Shown here: positions 1 through 13,108 of the stretch, in pieces
How positions within the stretch are numbered: position 1 is the stretch's first letter
How the letters are laid out: each line of letters starts with the position of its first letter
Origin: Ostrea edulis
Lineage: Eukaryota
Assembly: GCF_947568905.1 (NCBI RefSeq)
Contig: NC_079170.1
Span: forward strand, 42,966,001 to 43,030,000
Direction: 5' to 3'
Length of the DNA stretch: 64,000 bases
Program-made: the position numbers and the translations under genes
The notes under the pieces: model-generated
Database searches by the model: none
Told to the model about the DNA's origin: nothing
The model's input: only the letters and a program-made list of their open reading frames with translations

Positions 1-39
1 CAAAATCATTTGTTGAACAATATCCAAAATTGTTGTATC

Positions 40-895
40 ATGAAAGGTGAGGATAATGAACAGTGATCAATTTCACAACTTCTATAAGCAATACAAAATA
101 GAAAATTGGGCAAACACGGATCCTCGGACACACCAGAAGTAGGATCGGGGGCCTAGGAGGAGTAAACATCACTTATCGACCGGTCAAACCCACCGGGAGC
201 CCCATATCTTGATCCTGTAAACAGAGTTATCCAATGTAAAAATCACTGTGCGAAGAACGGCATAACAATCGGTATGAAACACGTTAGACAGCATTTGACC
301 CATTGATAGGTTGGAATGGCAAAATTGATCGTTATAACGACCATAGCATTTGCGAAATGTTGGTGTTAAACAAGACTGTTGAAATCCATGTACATGTACC
401 ATGAACTTGTTTGTCAGTAGCTTGCTTCGATTTAAAAACTGATTATACGCAGAGCATGCTCTTGCGTATCTAATCAGTTGCGATATATACACAACATATG
501 TAGCTGATAATGGAATTTTATTGCTACATAGATATGAAAGGTGACGATGGAGAGGCTGAAATCATTCGGTGTGTCATAAAATTGACTTGTTAGTTTGGCG
601 TTAATATTTACTTTCAATAAAATATCTACGCATGAAGCAAAAGTGGACTACTCTGTGGTGTCTTTTATGTCGAGTTCACATGGATATATCGAAACGACAT
701 ATGAATGAAAAATATATATGAAAAGTGAAGATGACAAACAGTGATCAATCTCATAACTCCCCTAAGGAATACAAAATAGAGAGTTGAGCAAACGCTGACC
801 CCTGGATATACCAGAGATGTGATCAGATGCCTACATGTGTGGGAGAAGTACATGTACGCATCCCCTATCGACAGGTCACACCCGCCGTGAGCCAC
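40..895 (-). mobile_element. Two adjacent decayed 3' fragments of the Naiad-type Penelope-like element (RT C-terminus plus 3' UTR, ~40-710; 3' UTR only, ~718-895)
   Basis: ORF 184..492 (YISQLIRYARACSAYNQFLNRSKLLTNK) matches the C-terminus of the RT at 59910..60866. The flanks match the reverse complement of 60870-61084. Confidence 0.85.
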
Positions 896-1826
896 ATTTC
901 AAACTTTAAATTTAAGGATAGATATTTATTATAATGTCAGAGGATACATGTATGTTGCTTCAAACGATGATTTCGCAGTGAATTTAGCTGAATGCAAGGA
1001 AAGGAACTCCGATTTTACTCAGTCTGAATGCCAAGGACGTGAAAATATTTTTTCTTTTTAATTCCTGTTTGTAATACAACACTTCTGCAGAATGATTTGC
1101 CTAATCAGTGCGACACATGCATAGACCGATGTTGTTGTGTAGATCTAAAAACAAATTAACTTTTTAAAGAGGATATGATAAGAGAAAATAAATTAGGTTG
1201 ATAAATAATGTGTTAATTTAATCGAACAATTATCTTTTGTGGGTGCGATTTATTATTACAATATGCAGGGTATATGACAAAGCAAACGATTGTCGCATCC
1301 ATTGGTTAAAACGTTCAAACATATAGCTTTGTTAGGAATATGACAAAACTAAAAATCTTTTTTTCTCTATCAAACGGCGAATTCTAAATCAATTTTAATA
1401 ACAGTTCAATAGCAATTTAACATCTTAAGTAAATGCTGTTTTAAAATACAAGTTCATATTATGAAATCTTATATGCAAAAAAACTCTAGACTACTTATTT
1501 GTTATCAATAATGCATTGCAAGTTTGCTTTTTTTTATCTTCTCTAATTGTTACTAAAAAAGAGAGATGTACAAGCACCACCCCCCCCCCCCCCAAATCAT
1601 ACCAACCATTCCCCATAAATTGTATTGTAGATGATTGTACAAACTATAGTCATTCTCTACGAAACAATATAGACTACAATGTTATTTGTGCAAATACAAC
1701 AAACGAAACAATATTGGTATACAATATCCGATAGTCTTCTAGGGTTTAAACATCTGTAAGTGAAAAGCTGTTAACATTCCTTGTGGATCCTTTTGGTCGA
1801 TGTAAACAACAATCATCACAAATCTC

Positions 1827-4800
1827 TCAGACCTGAATGGTCATCTCCTGCATCTTCCTGAATTTTCGTCGGGCTGATATCAGGACAGGGCTAAAAGCAT
1901 AAAAACAAAAACCATGTAACGATCAATGCCACGTGCTTTATTGCTAGTAAATGTAGAAAAACCTAACTTCTGATCGCAAGCAATACGCCTTTTCGAGACA
2001 TGTTCGAGGTATTTCCCTTTGAAAAATTCTCGAACATAGTCAGCCGCGAAACAATGTGTTTGCATGCGGGAGTGGTACAAATATTCATTACTATATAAGT
2101 AAATGTGCTCAGTAAGTTTCTCATACGCACTTTCATCACCCTAATTCGACTGATACAGAAACTAAGTTAGCATACTTGATTTTAACGATTCGGTGCATTT
2201 GGGTTAATCGGCGATGACCTGCGATACACTTGATTGTGAGCCGGAATTGCGCACGCATCCAGCCAAGTAAGACGATGGAGCCGCAAAATTTTCATAGGCG
2301 AAGGCGGCTTCAAGCTGGTGTCCTTGGAGACAGTAGTATCGAGAGTGGCTTATTCTAAACCATAATGTTTTAATCCAGGTACACTAGGGAAATAAACATG
2401 AATGAAAATTTTATTGCTTTTTCTATAATAAAGCAACGGTTACTTTGAAATTGAATTGCGGAATAGGTCACCATTTCCTAGAAATGAACCACTCGTCTGA
2501 CTTTTTTGTGGTATCAAATTAATTTAAATGAATGAGGTTATGATATTACATAATGTCATCCAATTGTTATACCATTCTCGTTTTTTCTTTAAAGAAACCC
2601 CGATCATGAAAACATATACATGTATGTTTTACGGAAGTATAAGACATTTCTATAAACAATTAGATAAAAACGATACAATCAACATATTTTCCAAATCATT
2701 GAAAACCCACATGTCTTAAGGAATTATAACATATTTCTTGCAGCACCTAGGATACAATCAACATAAGTTTTCATATCTGTATACATATCAACCTTTTTTG
2801 TCATTATTATATACCCATTTCTAGCACTAGCACTTGCTGGTTCATTGGACACAACTTCACTGAAAAAGCCAAAATTCAGCCTTAGGGCACAGTGGGTTGA
2901 TATTTTTCTCTAGATGTTAAAAGAACTTCTTCATGTAGAATCTTTCAAATAACATGCACACCCATGGCCAGGAGTGGGATTACACTCGGGACTTTTATAA
3001 AAAAAAAAATTGTACAATGTAACATATACTGTGGACCAGAGGCTTAATGAAGTTTTTTGTTTTTTTTTTTTTACATCCTCCAGCTCTAGTTTCACAATTA
3101 CATCTTGTTATTTTCTAAATTATATATCATATCTAATGTTTCGTATTTCAAATACATGAAAGTCTACGCACATCATGAACGATCCTCCAGCTGCGATGAA
3201 CGCTGCGTAAACAAAGTACACGAATCCCTTCATGAATCCCTGAGTGTCTGCGTAAACATTGAAGAAAACCAAGTCCCCAATCAACCGGAACATTGTCTCC
3301 AGGAAATAGATATTGGCGAAGAGGGCTCCTGGTAAATAATACACAACACGGTTGATCATGTTAGGTCATGTATAAAACACCATTAAACATATTAAATGAA
3401 TTTCACGAAAATATGTTTAAAGAAAGAAAGATAGATAGATACCGGTAGATAGATAGATAGATTGATAGATGATAGATAGATAGCTTTGAACTGATATAAG
3501 ATCAACCATGTTACATATGTACCTTGTCTGGTTTCATTCACCAATCGTGATAAAATACCTCTGATGACCGGAAGTGCATTCAGAGAAATCACTCCGCATA
3601 TGGCAGCTGGAAAGAGCACATATTGATTTGATGTATGTGGATCGAATGTAAAAAAAAAATATATATAAATGATAAAGTGCACATTCATCTGCTAGAGAGC
3701 AGATATTATACAGATTTTGTCATCTTGGCGTTAAGATGAATATCACTTTATTTTTGAAATGCTCGCTTTATGATGTGTAAAGAAAATTGCATATCAAATA
3801 GTACTATATATTGCTACAGGCCAAGTGCGAAATATGCATAAGCTTTTACAAATATTGTCAACAGAAGATATTGATATCATTGATTGATTGATTGTATATT
3901 GTTTAACGTCTCTCTCGAGAATATTTCACTTATATGGAGACATTACCATTGCCAGAGAAGGGCTGCAAAATTTAGGCTTATGCTCGGCGCTTACGGCCTT
4001 TGAGAAGGGAGGAATCATTGTCATGCCACACCTGCTGTGACATAGGACCTCGCTTTTTGCGATCTCATCCAAAGGACCGCCCCATATAGTCGCCTCTTAC
4101 GACAAACAAGGGGGTATTGAGGACCTATTCTAACCCAGATCCCCACGGGAGAGGATATCAATAAATGCATTGTATATGGAAATTCCTACAGAGAGCAGAA
4201 ACAATGAGGGACTCATCTAATATTACATATGTAACTAAAATATTTCTGTTGAGAAATAATGTATATAAACAGTAACATGTTAAACCAAGTGTATTTGAAA
4301 TTTCAAACTTACTCTGCATTCAAACGGATAAAGAGCTAGGTAATTTTGGTAAGTTTTGTCTATTCAAGGTCACAGTGAATTGCAGGTATACAGAGTAATC
4401 CGTAGTCAAATTGTATTTGTCAAAGACACCAAAGAGTCTAACAATTCAACTATACAGGAAACGGGATAACAGCTGTTTATGTAACAACATTCTATTATCA
4501 CCATCCCTTGGTGTTTATGTCTCTCAACTAATTCGATATGCGATCATGTTCTACGTATGAACACTTTCTAAATCGATACAAGCTACTGACAAATAAGTTG
4601 ATATCAAATGAGTTTCAACAGTCTCGTTTCAAGTCAGAATTTCGCAAAGTCTATATATGGTCGTTACACTGTATATGGATCTAATTTACGAAACGAAATG
4701 ATACAACCTTCATTAGTTCGAAAGCTATCTCACATGTTTCATAACTATTGATGGTCCGTTCTTAACATACTAATTTTGACTATGCATTGCTCTGTTTAAC

Positions 4801-5364
4801 TGATGGCGGGTGTGACCGGTCAATAGGGAATGCTTACTCCTCCTAGGCATCTGATACCCCTCTGTTATGTCCAGAGATTCGTGTTTGCCCTTCTCTTCAT
4901 TTTGTATTGTTTGTATGATTTATGAAATTGATAAATGTTAGTTATCTTAACTTGTTCATCATATCCTACATCACATGGCCTATTGAAATCCTCACCCGTG
5001 GGGATATGGGTTAGAATAGGTCCCCAATACCTCCTTGTTTGTCGAAAGAGGCGACTATATGGGGAGGTCCTTTGGATGAGATCGCAAAAACCCAGGTCCC
5101 GTGTCACAGTAGGTGTGACACGACAAAGATTCCCCCCTTCTCAAAGGCCGTAAGCGCCGAGCATTGATCTAAATTTGGCAGCCCTTCACTTGCAATGACG
5201 ACGTCTCCAGACGAGTGAAATATTCTCGAGAGGGACATTAAACAATATACAATGAATCAACTATTGATATAATCCGGCTTTTGTAATTCCGTCTTGAAAT
5301 TATCTAAAGTTCCACGATATATACTAGCGGAAAAAAGAAATTGTGCATTATTTAGTATATGAAA

Positions 5365-5410
<46 letters not shown>

Positions 5411-7868
5411 ATAATAACAGTGAACAAATTTTATTTTTTGTAATACTGTTAACAAATGTATTCGTTACAACATTTCATAATCCATGAAAGTTAACGTCGA
5501 ATAACGGAAATTTTAGCACACTCGAAAGACACTGGTTTTCGAACTTGAATTAACAAAGTTAATAACGAGTGTGACCACCATTTGCATTCATGCATGCTTG
5601 ACAACGACGCCTCATTGATGCCACTAAAGTGTTCAGAAATGCTTGGGGGATGTTGTTCCCGATGTTGGTCAAAGCCTGGTCTAAATCAGTCAATGTCACT
5701 GGCTGATTTGGTAAACGGCGTAGACGTCGTTCCATTTCATCCCAGACGTGCTCGATCGGCGATAAATCGGGGGAAACAGCTGGTCAAGGCAAGACATCGA
5801 CATTCTGTTAAACAAAGAAGTCCCTGACTACACGTGCAACGTGTGGCCTTGCGTTGTCTTGCTGCAGAGTGATGCGATTTTGCTGTCTATGTATGAAGGG
5901 TATCACATGGCGCTGAATAATTTTGTCTCGATAGCGTACGCCGGTGAGATTTCCATTGACAATTTGTAGAGGGGTCCTTCCACGTGCTGTTATTCCACCC
6001 CACACCATAACGCTACCTCCACCGAATTGTCTACATTGGACAACACAAGCGTCCTGGTATAGCTCCCCAACGCGACGATACACTCTACAACGGCTATCCA
6101 AATGAAATCTGGATTCATCAGTGAACAGAATATTGGCCCAGTCCTGTATTCTGAATCGCAGATGTCGTCTGCAATACGCTAGTCTAGCGATACGATGACG
6201 TTGAAGCAGTATTGGGCGCACCGCTGGACGTCTTGGTCTGATTTTGTGCTCGCGCAGACGATTACACAGTTCTTGGACTGAATGGTCGAAGTAAAAGCAG
6301 TGAAACTTGCTGTCTGGAAAAGATTTGTCAGGTGCACAAGTCTAATGTGGTTGCCCTGCCGACGCGACTTCACACGAGGACGCCCAGAACGTGGTCGATC
6401 CCGAGTGTTACGAGATTGTTGGAAACGTCTCCATAATGACTGGATGGTGTTCCGATAAACTCCAAAGTGTCTTGCTACGATATTTTGTGACATTCCAGCT
6501 TGAAGCATCCCAAAAGCACGATTACGTTGGTTTTCGCTGAGTCGTGGCATGACAGAAGGGTAAATTTTGTCAAAACTAAAGTGCTTTCCTTAACGAATAG
6601 TGTCCAAACAAACATTTTACATTTCTTACTCCAAACAGTATTGGCCAGTAAAACTCGTGCGTACGAACATTTCAATAAACAACATGTGTTCACTAACCAT
6701 GAAAAAGCCCGTGCATCTTAGTCGGGTACTATCTGATATTGTTACAAAACATCACCTTTATCGATTTTTTTTATATTATATAAATACAAACAATAAATAT
6801 AGAAAAATTATAGTAAATTTTATGATGCACAGTCTTTTTTTCCAGCTAGTGTATGTGAATAAAAGACATAAAGAGGTAGACCTACATGCAGTCATGTATT
6901 TGTTATTTTCACATTCTCCAGAGCAAAACGCACAAAATACAGTTTTTTTCTCTGAATATGTTCAGTTTTCATTACAAAGAACTACTCTTTTAGAGTCAAT
7001 AAATGCAATGCAACTGCAAGTTCCCACATCATTAAAGTTATTGCTGAGTGGTGATGAGATATTTGAATCAAAAGATATCATAAAGATTTTTGAATGTGTT
7101 CAGAAATACATTTTGGAAAGCAAAAGATTTTAAAAATGCATTTAATACATGCGAGTTTGTTATGTATGTCTGTTCTTATCCTGTTGAGTCGGTACTCTCA
7201 ATATAGTTTCTCTCCTGCTCTGTTGTACTTATTCGTTTTTCTTTCACTTTTTTATTTGGTTTAATTTTTTTCTCTTCTGTATATCCCTTAGCTCCCATTA
7301 ACCAACCCCACATTTCTCTTTTGTTACCTTATTATTCATATCAAAAATTCATACTCCTCATATTATCATTATACCTTGAATGATATATCATCCTTTCACT
7401 TCATAGCTATATTGTAATTTCTTATGTACATCATTATGTGGACTTTACCTTGTACCTTAAAGCAGACGGCTTATATAGGCATTGCCTGCTGCCTATAATC
7501 CGTATTACATGTATGTTATTCATAAGATACTCTTTGCAGGAATAAAGTAAATGAAATATCTAGAATATCGCGTGAAAACCGGGGTTTTCTCACTTATTCC
7601 TGTCATTCTTGGTCTTGGAAATTATTCTTGATGAATGTTTGGGAATGACGTGTCATGATTGGTTTGCAAAACTAAAACCGGTTACAGTTACGTCACGTGA
7701 CTTACCAACGTATAACATCCACCAAACGGAAGCAAATCCCTCTATAGTGAAACTAAGAATTCCGGAGAGACAACTTAAAATTGCAATGGTATCGTCATTT
7801 GCACAAAAATGGAACAGCTTCAAAACAAAGACAGATATGCACAGCGACACTACGTCATCTGTAGAATC
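1827..7868 (-). CDS. SLC46-family (PCFT-like) MFS transporter, 3' part: exon-1 remainder 7868-7706, then exons 3606-3523, 3328-3172, 1890-1827
   Basis: All junctions are GT..AG with matching phases (1,1,2). Joined translation: DSTDDVVSLCISVFVLKLFHFCANDDTIAILSCLSGILSFTIEGFASVWWMLYV-A-AICGVISLNALPVIRGILSRLVNETRQ-G-ALFANIYFLETMFRLIGDLVFFNVYADTQGFMKGFVYFVYAAFIAAGGSFM-I-PVLISARRKFRKMQEMTIQV*. The P-x-IR-x2-LS-x2-V-x4-QGALFA pattern is typical of SLC46 C-terminal helices. The last exon is less certain. Confidence 0.85.
3430..3483. repeat. (GATA)n microsatellite, interrupted
   Basis: Direct reading: atagatagat...gatagatagata. Confidence 0.9.
3879..4149 (-). mobile_element. SINE-like element copy 1 (Meta/Deu-like core, (CAAT)n tail, no tRNA head)
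   Basis: Reverse complement begins CCCGTGGGGATC, contains GTCGTAAGAGGCGAC and ends GACGTTAAACAATATACAATCAATCAATCAA. Matches copies at 4995, 21093 and 54961. Confidence 0.8.
4400..4945 (+). mobile_element. Decayed 3' fragment of the Naiad-type PLE
   Basis: Matches 60530-61080 (ggtgtttatgtctctcaactaattcgatatgc ... gcttactcctcctaggcatctgat). Confidence 0.8.
4995..5260 (+). mobile_element. SINE-like element copy 2
   Basis: Starts CCCGTGGGGATA and ends aacaatatacaatgaatcaa. Degenerate TSD: ctattga-aatcc on the left, ctattgatataatcc on the right. Confidence 0.8.
5370..5408. repeat. (TA)n microsatellite inside the Tc1 terminus
   Basis: Direct reading. Confidence 0.95.
5559..6550 (-). pseudogene. 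Tc1 transposase pseudogene
   Basis: ORF 6179..6550 gives the paired-type HTH (MPRLSENQRNRAFGML...RSGRPR). ORF 5808..6221 gives FTDESRF, GGSVMVWGGI and QQDNARPH. The C-terminus SPDLSPIEHVW...GGHTRY* is recovered across stops and a frameshift, with 34 residues between the second D and E. Confidence 0.9.
6960..7557 (+). mobile_element. 5'-truncated non-LTR retrotransposon 3' end (probably CR1-group)
   Basis: ORF end LLLSGDEIFESKDIIKIFECVQKYILESKRF* (stop at 7133) resembles LINE ORF2 C-termini. It is followed by a T-rich UTR, an 8-bp hairpin (tataggca/tgcctata) and an aataaag-type end. Confidence 0.5.
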
Positions 7869-8046
7869 CAATCTGATTAAAATAAGATCTTTGATCCGCT
7901 CCGTTATTGTTATGTCGCTACACAAAGATCTGAAGACATCCCGTGTGGGGTCACGTCGGTGTCAACTTTGGTTTGGCCAATCAAATCGTCACTGCTTACA
8001 TCTTTGGATGTAAAAGTAAATAACGGTAAGCCTCGAAAAGTTCCGA

Positions 8047-11000
8047 ATGTTTAAACTTCCGAATGAAAAAAAAAACATGGCAGCGCCAGTTGGAACACAT
8101 GGGAGTACTCGGACTACCCCACGAAAAGTCTATCCTCTGGGGAACATTTGCCTTATCTGTGGGTTTTCATTTGTGAGCAAATCTGTTGACACTGATGGCA
8201 ACATTAAAATCAACAAATACCTGGACAAAAAACTCCGACTTTCCACGGACCGAATGAAAGTTTTGAAAGATGTGTGCGGAATTTCGGATAGTGTGGTATA
8301 TCCAACTGACACAGGTGTGTGTCAGAAGTGTTTCAGAAGTACCGAAAGAGTATTAAAACTGGAAAAGGAAGCAGCAACTATGAGGGAATCTTTTAAAGCA
8401 TCTGTTCAACTCACACTGCAAAGGTCAGTCACATTTAAATAACCCTGCTCACTTTAGAAAGTCGATAAATACCCCCGTGACCTTTTTTTCCCCAACTTCA
8501 AAATGGCAAGCCAAACTCGTTGATAGAATACAACTCACTAGGTTCATATACGTTTATAACTGCATATTTAATCGATTTTAAATCAATAAGTATCAAAGTC
8601 TTAAGTAAGTGTGTGTGTTGAAGGGGGGAATCACTTTCATGCAGATTTTGTTCAACATATTATTGCCATAAAGATATTTCATTTGTTTCAATATGTGTGG
8701 CTTTAATAATAAAAAAAAATCTTGATCTTATGATTTACCTTCAATCTCATATAGGTTTAATGTTTGTGTGCCTTCCCCCTCTAAAAGATTCATAGAAAAG
8801 AGAGAAATAAGGAGCCCATTTAAAGAAAATACAGATGTGAAGAGGGTTCGACCAGATGATCCACTGTTAGTACCTATCAGAAGGGTAATGCCCGTGAAGC
8901 TGGTACAACTCCAGCCTGCCAGCGCTAATGTAATTGTGAACAAAGCACGGCGCTCTCTTGGTGGGGACTTTTTGAAACAGGTAACGACTGGATATTGCAC
9001 TCGATTTCTATGCAAAGGCAGTGTGCTGGTGTATAATGCAAAGGATTAATACAATTTGACATGCCAATCAGATTAGTATTAAGTTCTTTGGTCGTCTCCA
9101 ATTTATTGTTGATTACGCTTAGTGAGTGTAAGGTATAGGATATATCAACAATTATGATTACAATCATATGTACATGAATGTGGCTGAAACACTTGTATGC
9201 TATATTAATCATAATTCTGTTGCCACCTGCTGCCTTCATTCCTACTACTGCTGAAAAGATTATGAATTACCCCTGCTAGTTGATAAAAGTTTTCAAAAAC
9301 TTTGAACACACATAACTTCATAAATTGCAGACCACAAGTAACTGAATATCTTTGAATACATTTTAGGAGAAAATAACTGATAAACATGAAAATGTTTATA
9401 AAAATGGAGAAGTTGAGGTACAGTGTAGTGAAAAGGTTGAGCTTGACCATAATGTTACAAAATAAGGCTAAGAATAATAATTGTTGTGTTTCTGCTAACA
9501 TCTAAGACAAAATAAGGGTAGGTAGTTAGGTGATTGGGACTTAAGAATCAGTGAATATCTTTGAAAACAAATTAAAATTGTTTTTGCATACTCAAAGAAA
9601 CAATGTGATCAACAACTCCTTGCAGGTTAACATTATGAACACAAGGGACTTAATTTTCACTATTGTTGCAACTTGGTAAGCTGTAATAAATATATTAATT
9701 ACATGATCATCTGTAATAAGTATTAGCTCCAAAACAATGTATATTCAATAATCTCTTAAACAATTTGTTAACTGTACCAGGTAGGAAGTATCATTCATTA
9801 GGTCGATCAGGTTAGCGGAAACACTTTAGTTTTTATTTTAAGCCTAAGCTGGTCAGATATTTTTTGCATCACTGATCTAGCTATTTATGATAATCATGAT
9901 AATGTTAAAGAATCAGTGATTTGATTAAACTGACCAGTTGAACTGTTGATTGTTATTTCTAATACATTATGTTTTGCATGTTACATTGGCACAGGTATGC
10001 CATATTTATTAATTGAATTTGTCTTTAGAAAGATTAATGTTTATCTTCAAGTCAGACTTAAAATCTGAAAATGAGATAATTCAGAAATAGTTACAATTAA
10101 GGCTCAAAAGAATTGATGTTCGGATGATCTGGGGTCTGTATAGTATGTATTTGGTCTAGTGGTTTGTCACAAGCATGCACCATTGGGGCTTGTTAATTTG
10201 AATACTTGTCAGAATTCCTCAATAATTAGGCTAGTAAATCAGATGTCCAAGTGACTTAGGTGGACTATTGTCGTTGTCCGTTAAACATTTTACATTTTAA
10301 ATTTTTTCTTGAAAACCACTAGGCAAATTGATTTGTTGCCATTTTTGGTATGAAGTTTCTTTAGGGTAAGAGGAATGTAAACTGATAAATTTATTATCTT
10401 AGCTTCTCCAAGGCCTCATGGGTTGTGCCAAAACTTATTTCCTCCCACACAGAAAAACCAAATGCATCTATAGGTAAGATGTCCTTGAAGCCATTTACCA
10501 AAATTGTGGAATTCATGGCCCTTTGGTATGAAAGGGGTTCAGTCTCCTAGGTGGGGTCAATATGGCCATATAGTACTGTAAAGATATATTAAATCTTAGA
10601 GAATCTTTTTCTTTAGTCAGAAGTGTGAGAAAAAATAAATGCATGGCTATGATGTCCATGAAGATCGCTACCCATATTGTGAAAATCATTGGCCCTGGGT
10701 TACGAGTTTAAGCCCTTGGGTAGAGCAATGTAGCTCTGAGCCTCTCTAGCGAAAATGTATTAAATCTTTTTCAATGTATGGGCGTTAGTACTCATGTGAC
10801 CGTTAAAGCCTGTGGGTCTCTCGCTTAAATTTTTGTTTTATTTTGCATGACTTTATAGTTTTGTTCTTTATTTTATTTTTTGCTTTGTTGACAGATATCA
10901 ACACCGTTGAATGACCTTCAGTATGTATTCAGTATTTGTCTAAACTTGATTATTGTCCATATTAAACTGATAGAAAACATGTAAATATTGATCATGTTGA

Positions 11001-13077
11001 TAGATTTTATATATATAAGCAAATTATGACATTTTTAGGTCACCTGAATTCATTCAGGTGACCTATTGCTATCTGTTTTTGTCCGTCGTCGTTCGTCGTG
11101 CGTTAACATTTGAACATTTTCAGCTTCTTCTCTGAAACTCCTGAACCAATTTCAACCAATTTTGGCACATAGCATCTGTGGGTGAAGGGGAACAAAAATT
11201 GTGAAATTCGTGGTCCCTGCCCCCCTGGGGCCTGAGGGGTGGGGGCAAAAACCATCAAAATGAGTGTAATTTTAAAAAATCTTCTTCTTTACTCCTGGAC
11301 ATCAAGAAGCCAAACTGTGGGCATAATTATAATGAGCGTTGAGCCCTCTACCAAAATTGTGAAATTCATGGCCCCTGGGGCAGGGGTTCTTGTGTTAGGG
11401 TGGGACTCTATTGGTCATATAGTGAAAATGTAGAAATTCTTTGAAAATCTTCTCTGTCTCTGGGTAATAAGTAGACAAACTAATAGCATGGTAATGATGA
11501 GCAAGGATGCCTCTTTATACCCCCGCAACAAGTTGTGGGGGGGGGGGGGTATACTGGAATCGAGTTGTCCGTCCGTCTGTAGATGCAATGGTTTCCGGGA
11601 TCTAAAGCATTATCCTTTCCACCTACCGTCACCATATCATATATATGGACTACCCATGGGATGAAGATGTTCCCTATCGATTTTGGGGTCAAAAGGTCAA
11701 AGGTCAAGCAAACTGGACATCGAAGTAGCAATAGGGTTTCCGGGCTCTAAAGTGTTATCCTTTCCACCTACAGTCACCATATCATACATATGGACTACCC
11801 ATAGGATGAAGATGTTCAATATCGATTTTTGGGTCAAAAGGTCAAAGGTCAAGCGCACTGGACATTGAAGTAGCAATATGGTTTCCGGGCTCTAAAGCGT
11901 TATCCTTTCCACCTACAGTCACCATATCATATATATGGACTACTAATGGGATGAAGATGATCCCTATCGATTTTGGGGTCAAAAGGTCAAAGGTCAAGCG
12001 CACTGGGTCAGGGGTTCTGGTATTAGGGTGGGGCCCTATTGATCATATAGTGAAAATGCATTTTATTTCTTTGAAAACCTTCTCCTCTGCTGCTGGGTAT
12101 TAAGTAGACAAACTAATAGTATGATAATGATGATCAAGGATGCTTCTTTCAAAACTGAAATTTATGGCCCCTGGATGAGGGGTTCTGGTGCAAAGGCGGG
12201 GCTGACCACATAGCTATTCAATGTTTCTTCCATCCAAAAGTAAAATTCTTATATTTAAACACAAACCTAATTCAAACATTGGAAGGTTGTTACATGATAC
12301 TCAGGTGACCTATAAGGCCCCTGGGCCTCTTGTTCTTGTAAATATTAAGTTCTCAGCTGTTAATATGGTTAATTTCCTGCTACCATTAAAGTTAATTTCT
12401 GTTATATATTTATATTAAAGGTATATGTGCATTATCCAAGTGGAAAAAAGACAGCCCTCATAACTTCTGAACTTCACAAAAGTATTTGCAAAACAATAGT
12501 CGGCAGGAGCAATGTTGAACAGACCATTGTAAATCACCTCTGTTCATCTAACCCAGAAGTTGTTACAAATGGAGTGTCAAGAGTAGTTATGAAAGAAGCA
12601 CAGACTCTTTGTAAGAGGGGGTCAGGATCCATTCTTCAGAGTAAAAACTTTAAAGACTTCTTCCAATTTAAGTGGGAGCAAATGAAAGAGGAACTGCGAA
12701 GGAGGTGCCCTACAATTCTTACATTACTATCAGCAGTAGTTAGTGATAAGGAGCTGTCCAGTGAAAGCAAGGGATTCATCCACATTATGGTATCTGCCGC
12801 TATTGCATTGCATGGAAGAAACCAGGAAATGTCCTTTTTCCAGTACATGACTGCACTTGTGTTAACTCATGGTGGATGCATTCAAAGGGTATGCTTACTT
12901 AGGATATAAACAATGTTATATGTATACTAGATATTCGGGTGGAGATGCAAAACAAATTCCCAGTACTCGATGATTTTTAGCTCACAAAAGTCAGAGGATC
13001 AGTTAAGCTTTTCTGATCGCCTGTTATCTGTTGTCTATCAGTCTGAGAACTTTTTTCATTTTGAGCTATCCAGAACT

Positions 13078-13108
<31 letters not shown>

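Larger units (their letters stand above)
5322..6851 (-). mobile_element. Tc1/mariner (DD34E) DNA transposon, full length but decayed
   Basis: Imperfect ~28-bp TIRs (TACTAGCGGAAAAAAGAAATTGTGCAT versus reverse complement CACTAGCTGGAAAAAAAGACTGTGCAT), flanked by TA at 5320-21 and 6852-53. Confidence 0.85.

Noticed and set aside
3120-3171. ORF 3120..3359 read-through (CVDFHVFEIRNIRYDI*) as the true SLC46 C-terminus
   Set aside because: A GTGCGT donor at 3171 and an in-phase exon at 1890-1827 with a good acceptor give a more plausible end. It remains a possible alternative.
7609-8013. ORF 7609..8013 (+) as a gene
   Set aside because: It is antisense to the SLC46 exon and runs across the TSD and TIR; no recognisable motif.
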